Of a stretch of 64,000 bases of DNA, positions 57,133 to 64,000 are shown piece after piece; positions within the stretch are counted from its first letter, which is position 1; each line of letters begins with the position of its first letter. This DNA is from Oscillospiraceae bacterium (lineage in GTDB: Bacteria > Bacillota > Clostridia > Oscillospirales > JAAYXM01): the NCBI GenBank assembly GCA_017439555.1, contig JAFSIZ010000062.1, positions 19,010-83,009 of the forward strand. Direction: 5' to 3'. The position numbers and the translations under genes were made by a program. A model generated the notes under the pieces. That model had not been told where the DNA came from, did no database searches, and saw only the letters and a list, made by a program, of their open reading frames with translations.

Positions 57133-58026
57133 TTAATAATCCTCGCTTATGTAATCAGGCGGAGAAAGCAAAAGCTCGGGATTTTTCACAAAATGCTTAA
57201 AGAGCTTTATAGCCGAGGCGAAATAGTATCCGTCGCAAATGCGCTCATCGAGCACAAAACGCATATTTATCACGTGCTTTGTTTTGACAGAGCCGTCGCG
57301 CTGGAGCTCGTTCAGGATTTCCTTTTTACCTATCGCCATAAACACGGAAGTTGTTCCGAATTCATAGAGATGGTGATATATCGAATTGAGGCCTATAGAA
57401 CCGACGTTTGTCACATATGCCGATGAATGGAACGGACTTACCTTATTTATTATCTTCGGCATAAGCCCGACAGAATCGAGCGAACGGATCGCCCATACAA
57501 CAAATCGCTTGACAAAGCCCGGAAGAAGATTCAGCAGCTTGACTATCATATCCGTGCCATTTCCCTCTGCGGCTGCAGCCTCTTCCGCTCTTACCTCAGC
57601 AAGCGCAGCGTTGAACTTTTCCGTCACATCACGCAAAGTATCTGTCGGCTCAAAATCGGGATTGAGGTTCCCCTCCTCTCCGTCTGTGCTCAGTTCTTTT
57701 TTTACAGTCAGTGAAACGCGAAGATAGCTTCTGGAATATATCTTTCCTCCGCTTACAAACCTGTTTATTCGCGGACGCTGCGCAAAGGTGCGCACGAGTG
57801 CCGCAATAAAGAAATGATACATAGAGAGCCCGGGTATATCCTTGCGATTTTCAACGATAAATTTGCGAAGCCCTGATATGTCCATCTGCTCTTCGAAGAA
57901 TATCTGACTATCAAGGCGGCTTCTCATAATGTATGGAATAACACCGAAAACGGGGTCGAGATTTCTCACCTTATAGCCGTCGTATCTGTCACCGATGCGA
58001 CGCTTACGTTTATTATTCTCTGCCAT
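57133..58026 (-). CDS. 2-oxoacid dehydrogenase acyltransferase (E2 catalytic domain / CAT-fold)-like protein without lipoyl domain
   Basis: The C-terminal block VLDERICDGYYFASAIK resembles the DHRxxDG active-site region of E2/CAT-fold acyltransferases, here as D-E-R-x-x-D-G. Start at ATG 58026, after AAGGGGA. Confidence 0.55.
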   Translation of the reverse strand: MAENNKRKRRIGDRYDGYKVRNLDPVFGVIPYIMRSRLDSQIFFEEQMDISGLRKFIVENRKDIPGLSMYHFFIAALVRTFAQRPRINRFVSGGKIYSRSYLRVSLTVKKELSTDGEEGNLNPDFEPTDTLRDVTEKFNAALAEVRAEEAAAAEGNGTDMIVKLLNLLPGFVKRFVVWAIRSLDSVGLMPKIINKVSPFHSSAYVTNVGSIGLNSIYHHLYEFGTTSVFMAIGKKEILNELQRDGSVKTKHVINMRFVLDERICDGYYFASAIKLFKHFVKNPELLLSPPDYISEDY

Positions 58027-58065
58027 ATTAACTTTTGTCCCCTTATTCACCCAGTTTATTTTCCT

Positions 58066-58094
58066 ATTATAGCACAATCACTGAACTTTTTCAA
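58066..58094 (-). promoter_or_regulatory. Candidate strong promoter for the E2-like gene, inside the 3-prime end of the exonuclease gene
   Basis: On the minus strand: TTGAAA (58094-58089), a 17-nt spacer ending in TGC, then consensus TATAAT (58071-58066). Confidence 0.5.
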
Positions 58095-59061
58095 CCTGTT
58101 GTGTTTTCATACGCGGAGATACGCTTTTGGCCCTCTTCTTGCGGCGTGTCTTGCGCGCCTCCTCTTTCTTTGCTCTCTTTTCATAAAACACAGCAGCACC
58201 GCCACCGGCTTCATATATAATTTTTGAAACGTTGTATATTTCATTTTCCTTGCTGACTGTCATACGCGCAATATATCCGCCGTGCTCCTCACACGATGCG
58301 AGCGTTACATATCTGTCGTTGCGCTCAGCCACCCATTTGCGCGTATCCTCACATAACACTCCGCATTCCGGACACTTCACGCTTGCCGCCTCTTTGTCGC
58401 GGAATATTTCGCGGCGCGTCTTATATCCGGAATAAACCTCCGCAAGGAGTGGCTTTGACTCATCGAGAATTGCACGCAGACGGTCTGCGTGGATAAGGTC
58501 TGCTATGCCTTTTACAAGATCGAGCTTACCTGCAACGAGCGCCGTATAATACGCATCGTTGAGCGCATCATGAAGAGGAACCTCTGTCACTATCCCGAAA
58601 TGCTCTGCCGCTGTTGCAAGGGCTTTTTGATTATCCCCCGAATCTGTCTGCATATTATATATCGCCTGAAGATTGAACCACGTGTCTACCCACGATGAAT
58701 CCTCTCCATAGATTTCTATGTTGCGCCGCAGGATGCGGATATCATCAGGTCCCCACGTCAGAAACGCAAAATCCTCTCCGCACCATTCGCGAAACGCCGA
58801 TATGGCAGCTGTGAATTCTTCGCCTTTCCGAAGATCTTCCTGATTTATACCTGTTATCTGCCGTACCTTGCGGTGAATAACCTTATAATATTTCGGGCGC
58901 ACATTTATTTTCAGCTCGTCTGAAATTTTCAGCTCATCCGAAAGCTTCACGGCACCTATCTGGATTATCTCACCATACAGCTTGTTCCCGTCGCTGTCTG
59001 CAACAACATCGCGGTTACTTCTCGCCTGATTCCATTCAAGGTCAAGTATGATATACGTCAT
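58078..59061 (-). CDS. DEDDh-type 3-prime-5-prime exonuclease domain protein with a Cys-rich C-terminal domain and basic tail
   Basis: Exo motifs ILDLEWN, WGPDDIRIL and HDALNDAYYTA. C-terminal CPECG...C..H and the Lys/Arg-rich tail KKEEARKTRRKKRAK. Start is ATG 59061, or GTG 59073 as in the track. Confidence 0.7.
   Translation of the reverse strand: MTYIILDLEWNQARSNRDVVADSDGNKLYGEIIQIGAVKLSDELKISDELKINVRPKYYKVIHRKVRQITGINQEDLRKGEEFTAAISAFREWCGEDFAFLTWGPDDIRILRRNIEIYGEDSSWVDTWFNLQAIYNMQTDSGDNQKALATAAEHFGIVTEVPLHDALNDAYYTALVAGKLDLVKGIADLIHADRLRAILDESKPLLAEVYSGYKTRREIFRDKEAASVKCPECGVLCEDTRKWVAERNDRYVTLASCEEHGGYIARMTVSKENEIYNVSKIIYEAGGGAAVFYEKRAKKEEARKTRRKKRAKSVSPRMKTQQVEKVQ
58908..58943. repeat. 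Imperfect 18-bp tandem duplication inside the exonuclease gene
   Basis: TTTTCAGCTCGTCTGAAA followed by TTTTCAGCTCATCCGAAA (16/18 identical). It encodes SDELKI-SDELKI. Confidence 0.8.
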
Positions 59062-59152
59062 CGGATTTTTCACATCCTTTATTTATCCATAAAACACTAT
59101 TTTATATTATATATGTATATCGGCATTTCTGCAAGTGTGTTTTCGACATATA

Positions 59153-59181
59153 TTGACTTTCTCACCAAATTTTTCTATAAT
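59153..59181 (+). promoter_or_regulatory. Candidate promoter for the membrane protein gene
   Basis: TTGACT, a 17-nt spacer, then consensus TATAAT. Confidence 0.5.
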
Positions 59182-59206
59182 TCTATTATGAAAGGCGGAT
59201 TTGAAT

Positions 59207-59917
59207 ATGAAAAAAAGAGTTAACTGGAAAAAGGTTATAGGCATCTTTGTCTTTGCCACCATCTTTCTTTCCATCGGCTATTCTATAGCAAACATCATTT
59301 CAGCTCCCGAGAGCACAACGGTCACAGATTCCGCAACACATTTGCGAAGCGATTATGTGCTCATGCTGATCCAATGCTGTCTCGGGCTTCTCGTTATCGG
59401 GCTGCCATCCGCACTTGAGCGCAAATGGTCTTTTGAGCTTCCTAACTATATGAGCATCCTTTATTTTATCTTTCTTTATTGCGCCATATACCTCGGTGAA
59501 GTAAGAAATTTTTATTATCTCGTTCCTCATTGGGACACGATCCTTCACGCTTTTTCCGGCGCAATGCTCGGCGCGCTCGGTTTTACGCTTGTGCGTATCC
59601 TCAATGATTCAGACAAGGTAAAGGTCGCCCTGAGCCCGAGCTTCATCTGCCTTTTCGCCTTCTGCTTCGCGCTTGCAGTCGGCGCCATATGGGAGATATA
59701 TGAATTTACGGGTGATGCTCTCTTCGGGCTCAATATGCAGAAGTTCCGTCTTTCCGACGGCACTGAGCTTATCGGTCATTCCGCGCTGAGCGACACGATG
59801 AAGGATATTATAATAGACGCCATCGGTGCATTTATCGTCACGTTCATCGGCTATCTGTCCCTGCTTGCCAAAATGAAATATAAAAACAAACACGGCGACA
59901 AGGATTCAGACGAATAA
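59207..59917 (+). CDS. Polytopic membrane protein (YjdF/DUF2238-like, tentative)
   Basis: About six TM helices, with WDTILHAFSG and IWEIYEF motifs. Start at ATG 59207, after AAAGGCGGA. Confidence 0.55.
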   Translation: MKKRVNWKKVIGIFVFATIFLSIGYSIANIISAPESTTVTDSATHLRSDYVLMLIQCCLGLLVIGLPSALERKWSFELPNYMSILYFIFLYCAIYLGEVRNFYYLVPHWDTILHAFSGAMLGALGFTLVRILNDSDKVKVALSPSFICLFAFCFALAVGAIWEIYEFTGDALFGLNMQKFRLSDGTELIGHSALSDTMKDIIIDAIGAFIVTFIGYLSLLAKMKYKNKHGDKDSDE

Positions 59918-59947
59918 ACTTTTCAAGACACGGAGGTTCCAACAGAT

Positions 59948-60700
59948 ATGAGCAGCTACACTTCGCTTGCAGAATGCTATGATGAATTCACGCAGGATGT
60001 AAGATATTCCCGATGGGCAGATTATCTCACAATGCTTTTTGAAAAATTCGGCGATGGAAACGGAAACCGTGAGATCCTCGATCTCGCCTGCGGCACAGGC
60101 TCGCTTTCTATAATACTTGCAGAGCGCGGATATGAGGTCATCGGCACAGACGCTTCAGAGGATATGCTCTCCGAAGCTCAGGCAAAGGCGTGGTCAACGA
60201 GCAGCACTCCTCCAATGTTTCTTCACCAGCGTATGGAAGAGCTTGATCTCTATGGCACAGTTGATGCCGCGGTCTGCTGTCTCGACAGCCTGAATTATCT
60301 GACATATCCTGATTTGCTGAAGCTCGCCTTTGCAAGGCTGCGCTATTTTGTGCGCCCCGGTGGGCTGTTTATTTTCGATGTCAACACCGATGCAAAGTTT
60401 AAGGCATTAAACGGACAGACCTATCTGCGCGAGAGTGAGGATTTTTTCTGCGCGTGGACAGCGGAATATGACGAAAAGGAACGTCTCTGCAGCTTTTACT
60501 ATGATATATTCAAATATGCCGAGGATGAGCTCTGGGAAAGAAGCTTTGAGGAGCATACAGAGCGTGCACATTCGGGAGAAGAGATAGAAGCCGCACTGAA
60601 CGCTGCTGATTTTGAGCTCGAAGCAATTTTCGGCGAGCTCTCAGAAGACATACCGAAGCAGGACGAGCATCGCATATTCTATGTTGCGCGCCGCCGATAA
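59948..60700 (+). CDS. Class I SAM-dependent methyltransferase
   Basis: Motif I ILDLACGTGSLS and motif II-like GTDASEDML. 250 aa. Confidence 0.8.
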   Translation: MSSYTSLAECYDEFTQDVRYSRWADYLTMLFEKFGDGNGNREILDLACGTGSLSIILAERGYEVIGTDASEDMLSEAQAKAWSTSSTPPMFLHQRMEELDLYGTVDAAVCCLDSLNYLTYPDLLKLAFARLRYFVRPGGLFIFDVNTDAKFKALNGQTYLRESEDFFCAWTAEYDEKERLCSFYYDIFKYAEDELWERSFEEHTERAHSGEEIEAALNAADFELEAIFGELSEDIPKQDEHRIFYVARRR

Positions 60701-60714
60701 ATCCATTTATGAAG

Positions 60715-60757
60715 AAAACAGCCCGTTGCTGAAGCTCAGCAACGGGCTGTTTTTTTG
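60715..60757. terminator. Rho-independent terminator between convergent genes
   Basis: Hairpin ACAGCCCGTTGCTGA-ag-CTCAGCAACGGGCTGT followed by TTTTTTT. Confidence 0.85.
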
Positions 60758-60814
60758 TTTTCTGACAGGGTATCTGCTTTATACACAATATGCAAAGAAT
60801 ACTTCTTAACACTT

Positions 60815-61537
60815 CTATTTTATATATTCTCGAAAATCCGCACGGGAGCCGGAAAATACATTGAGGTCAATATGCTTTTCCTCGCCATAATAGCCGGGAA
60901 GCTCACCTGTGTGGCTGTATTGCCAGAATCGCCACTCGCGCCCGTCAGGAAGAGCAGGCTGCTTCACGAGGTCGCATATCCACAGATCACATTCTTTATA
61001 TTCCCCGGATATATATAGGGAATATGCGCGGCGGTTTGTATAGATAATCGGCATTTTTCCATATTCGTCATAAAGCTTTAGCACGAGCGAATCGAGAATC
61101 GCCCTCACCTCTGATGCAGGTGGCGGATTTTCATTATATTCGCCATAAAGCTCAACATCAATAACCGGTGGCAGGTCTATATCGTCTGCCGAAACGACAG
61201 CGATGAAATTTTCCGCCTGGCTTCTTCCGTCGCTTTCAAAGCTCATAAAATGATATGCACCCGCGGCGATATCCGTTTCCTTTATGTTTGCGATATTGTC
61301 ACTGAAGGTGCGGTCACGATAGCGGCTGCCCTCAGTCGCCTTGATGAACGCAAAGGCGATATCATTATCCTCAAGCTCTGTCCAATCGATATTCCCCTGA
61401 TAAGATGATACGTCAACGCCGCGCACAGGAAATTCCTCCCGTGCACGACGGCTTGTATATATAGTTATGCTCAGAATCGCAAGTGCCAGAAACAGCATCA
61501 CAATTATAATCCTGAGCGCAAATCTGTTCTTTCTCAT
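60815..61537 (-). CDS. GH25 muramidase (lysozyme) with N-terminal membrane anchor
   Basis: [14 protein letters not shown] and FAFIKATEG blocks, plus an N-terminal TM helix. Confidence 0.85.
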   Translation of the reverse strand: MRKNRFALRIIIVMLFLALAILSITIYTSRRAREEFPVRGVDVSSYQGNIDWTELEDNDIAFAFIKATEGSRYRDRTFSDNIANIKETDIAAGAYHFMSFESDGRSQAENFIAVVSADDIDLPPVIDVELYGEYNENPPPASEVRAILDSLVLKLYDEYGKMPIIYTNRRAYSLYISGEYKECDLWICDLVKQPALPDGREWRFWQYSHTGELPGYYGEEKHIDLNVFSGSRADFREYIK

Positions 61538-61950
61538 TCTCCGATTATCTTGATGAGCGCGTGTTTCTGACGTTTTCCGTCAAACTCATAATAGAAAATC
61601 TGCTCCCACGTGCCGAAATCGAGCCTTCCGTCCGTTATCGCAACAACAACCTCACGCCCCATAACCGTGCGTTTCAGATGTGCATCGCCATTGTCCTCAA
61701 ATCCGTTGTGACGATATCTGCTATAGGGCTTTTCGGGTGCAAGCCCCTCGAGCCACACCTCAAAATCGTGGTGAAGTCCGCTCTCATCATCGTTTATAAA
61801 AACGCTTGCGGTTATGTTCATCGCATTGACGAGCACAAGCCCCTCCTTCACACCTGATTCGCGGACGGCAGCCTCAACCTGCGGCGTTATATTCACAAGG
61901 CCGCGGCGCGCCGGGATATTGAAAAACAATTCTTTTCTGTATGACTTCAT
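61534..61950 (-). CDS. YjbQ/UPF0047 family protein (secondary thiamine-phosphate synthase enzyme)
   Basis: 138 aa, with [16 protein letters not shown] and GDAHLK blocks. 4-nt overlap with the GH25 gene. Confidence 0.8.
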   Translation of the reverse strand: MKSYRKELFFNIPARRGLVNITPQVEAAVRESGVKEGLVLVNAMNITASVFINDDESGLHHDFEVWLEGLAPEKPYSRYRHNGFEDNGDAHLKRTVMGREVVVAITDGRLDFGTWEQIFYYEFDGKRQKHALIKIIGE

Positions 61951-61955
61951 TTTGA

Positions 61956-63437
61956 TTACACCTCACTGATGAATTTGTCAAACGCGGCATACCCCTTCTC
62001 GTCACGCGAGAACACGCCTGCGCATTTTAAGCATTCTGCAAAAACTTTTCCAATCTCGCGTTTGAAGAAATCCTCAAAGCTTTCGCCATCCTGCCTGCTG
62101 TCTTTTATTTTTGCATACCATTCGGCATGCTTTTTTATATCCTCACATTCCGAAAAATCACGGCCGCTCTCAGCATATTCGCACATAAGAGAAATTTCCT
62201 TTTTGAGCCTTGACGGAAGAACCGCAAGCCCCATAACCTCAATCAGCCCGATATTTTCGCGTTTGATATGGTGAAGCTCTCCGTGTGGATGATAGAGCCC
62301 CAGCGGATGCTCCTCTGTAGTTATGTTGTTGCGCAGCACAAGGTCGAGCTCATAAGCTTCTCCGCGGCGGCGCGCAATCGGCGTTATCGTGTTGTGCGGA
62401 ACGTCGCCTGTATATGCAAAAATATAAGCACTCTCGTCTGTGTATCCGCGCCACACATCAAGTATTTTCGACGCGAGAGCACACAACCTCTCTTTGTCGC
62501 AGGAGGTAAGGCGTATGACAGACATCGGCCATTTCACCCTCCCGACAGAAACATCCTGAAAGCCCGGAATTTCATATGTCTTCTCCACCTCGGCGCGCTC
62601 CATTGCGAAGGTATATCTGCCTCCCTGAAAATGTTCGTGTGAAAGAATCGAGCCGCCGACTATTGGAAGATCTGCATTTGAGCCTATAAAATAGTGTGGG
62701 AATACATCGAGAAATGAAAGCAGCTTCGGGAATACCTCACTGTCAATCTTCATCGGCACGTGAGAGCGGTTGAATGCAATACAATGCTCATTGTAATATA
62801 CATATGGCGAATACTGAAAGCCCCAGAACTCACCGTTTATCTCTATCGGCACCACGCGATGATTCTGTCGCGCAGGAAAATCTGCGCGGCCTGCATATCC
62901 TTCACTCTCGGCACACAGCGCGCAGAGCGGATATCCCGATTTCGGTGCGCTCTTTGCCTTTGCGATTGCGCGAGGGTCCTTCTCCGGCTTTGCAAGATTG
63001 ATTGTTATATCAAGCGTGCCGTATTCCGTCTCAGCTTCCCATTTCATATCACGTGCGATACGGTAGCGTCGGATATAATCTGTATCCTGCGAGAAATTGT
63101 AATACCAATCGGTCGCACATTCGGGGCTTTCAAGATATAGCTCACAGAATTTTGAAATAACCTCACCCGGACGCGGCGTAAGCTCGCCCATAATGCGAGT
63201 GTCAAAAAGGTCAAAATCCGTCTGCGTGCGCTCGATTATTCCCTTCTCTGCCGCATATTCACAGAGCGAGGTAAGGATTTCCTCAAGGCTCTTTTCCGGG
63301 ATGTCTTCGTTTTCAAAGCTGTCTGCCTTCAAAATATCAATCAATCTGTTCCGCACATATATCTCATCAAGGGGCGAGATAAGCTCACGCTCCTCCGCAT
63401 ATGCGATAAGTGCGTTTATATCTGAAAATACACTCAT
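61956..63437 (-). CDS. galT: UDP-glucose--hexose-1-phosphate uridylyltransferase (type 2 GalT)
   Basis: 493 aa, with Gram-positive type GalT length and blocks ([16 protein letters not shown]). Confidence 0.85.
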   Translation of the reverse strand: MSVFSDINALIAYAEERELISPLDEIYVRNRLIDILKADSFENEDIPEKSLEEILTSLCEYAAEKGIIERTQTDFDLFDTRIMGELTPRPGEVISKFCELYLESPECATDWYYNFSQDTDYIRRYRIARDMKWEAETEYGTLDITINLAKPEKDPRAIAKAKSAPKSGYPLCALCAESEGYAGRADFPARQNHRVVPIEINGEFWGFQYSPYVYYNEHCIAFNRSHVPMKIDSEVFPKLLSFLDVFPHYFIGSNADLPIVGGSILSHEHFQGGRYTFAMERAEVEKTYEIPGFQDVSVGRVKWPMSVIRLTSCDKERLCALASKILDVWRGYTDESAYIFAYTGDVPHNTITPIARRRGEAYELDLVLRNNITTEEHPLGLYHPHGELHHIKRENIGLIEVMGLAVLPSRLKKEISLMCEYAESGRDFSECEDIKKHAEWYAKIKDSRQDGESFEDFFKREIGKVFAECLKCAGVFSRDEKGYAAFDKFISEV

Positions 63438-64000
63438 TTTTTATAACCTTCCGGATGTGATTTATGCCAGTTCCAGGCAGAGCCGACGATTTCGTCAAGC
63501 TCTGCGTGCTTTGGTCTCCAGCCGAGAATTTCTTTTGCTTTTTCACTCGATGCGATAAGCCGCGCCGGATCTCCAGCGCGTCGAGGCGAGACAATCTCGG
63601 GTATAGGATGCCCTGTCACGCGGCGCGCACTGTCGATGACCTCTCGCACTGTAAAGCCGACTCCGTTGCCAAGATTGAATATATCGCTTTTTCCGCCGTT
63701 TCGCAGATATTCAACAGCGAGAATATGTGCATCGGCAAGATCTGTGACGTGGATATAATCCCTGACGCAAGTGCCATCCTTTGTGTCATAGTCATCACCA
63801 AAGACATATATCGCCTCCCGTTTCCCGTTCGGGACCTGCAAAATAAGCGGAATGAGATGTGACTCAGGATTATGCGCCTCGCCGAAATTGCCGCTTTCAT
63901 CAGCTCCGCAGGCGTTGAAATAGCGCAGTGACACAAAGCGTATGCCATGGGCAAGCCCTGTCCACCCAAACATTTTTTCCATCGCGAGCTTCGTTTCGCC
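63434..64000 (-). CDS. galE: UDP-glucose 4-epimerase, C-terminal part (5-prime end lies beyond the window)
   Basis: LRYFNACGA, VRDYIHVTDLADAH and GDPARLIASSEKA blocks. The reading frame stays open to the window edge. Confidence 0.9.
   Translation of the reverse strand, partial: GETKLAMEKMFGWTGLAHGIRFVSLRYFNACGADESGNFGEAHNPESHLIPLILQVPNGKREAIYVFGDDYDTKDGTCVRDYIHVTDLADAHILAVEYLRNGGKSDIFNLGNGVGFTVREVIDSARRVTGHPIPEIVSPRRAGDPARLIASSEKAKEILGWRPKHAELDEIVGSAWNWHKSHPEGYKK

Noticed and set aside
1-64000. CRISPR arrays, tRNA/rRNA genes, IS elements, prophage or defence islands
   Set aside because: Reading both strands, I saw no spaced direct repeats and no cloverleaf-like or rRNA-like segments. All intergenic gaps are under about 190 nt. 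I also saw no transposase, integrase, restriction or toxin-like ORFs. This is a visual scan only and should be confirmed with tRNAscan, Infernal, CRISPR finders and DefenseFinder.

Overview
This is a densely packed, mostly housekeeping 64-kb stretch of a Firmicutes/Clostridia-type chromosome. By eye the GC content is about 45-50%. SpoIID, a TepA-like protease, YqeG, RqcH, TrmK/Nif3, type-2 GalT, anaerobic NrdDG and M42 peptidases point to an anaerobic, probably spore-forming Clostridia; an Oscillospiraceae/Ruminococcaceae-like origin is only a guess. I support about 58 protein-coding genes. They include an OmpR/HK two-component pair, pncB, and a glycan/hexuronate cluster (GH20-like, GH3, KduD-like, KduI, AraC). 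Next come three tandem M42 aminopeptidases, spoIID, citrate synthase, radC, uvrBA and efp/aroQ/yqeG. Further on are rqcH, nif3/trmK, uxaC, feoAB, ddh, nrdDG, a MarR plus two half-ABC exporter operon, nadE-ydcF-cysK, and galE-galT-yjbQ-GH25. I also list many rho-independent terminators and several sigma70-type promoters. By reading I saw no rRNA, tRNA, CRISPR array, IS/transposase, integrase or phage genes, and no recognisable defence system. I could not identify a convincing novel multi-gene system in this window. The most unusual things I can actually support are three ORF-boundary anomalies. First, a CBM-like module is fused in frame to KduI, with an intact internal SD and ATG. Second, UxaC is fused in frame to a complete, AT-richer YkvA/DUF1232 module. 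Third, a membrane-protein gene is broken by a frameshift at an A6 run. All three sit at short homopolymers, so sequencing error must be excluded first. Other observations are a translationally coupled triple of M42 paralogs, an NrdR-box pair on the nrdDG promoter, a MarR-type operator, and a few function-unknown genes. The function-unknown genes are a Cys-rich acidic zinc-ribbon protein after efp, a standalone Ntn-amidotransferase next to an acyltransferase-like gene, and a DEDDh exonuclease next to an E2-like acyltransferase. All family assignments come from motif recognition by eye, not from searches.
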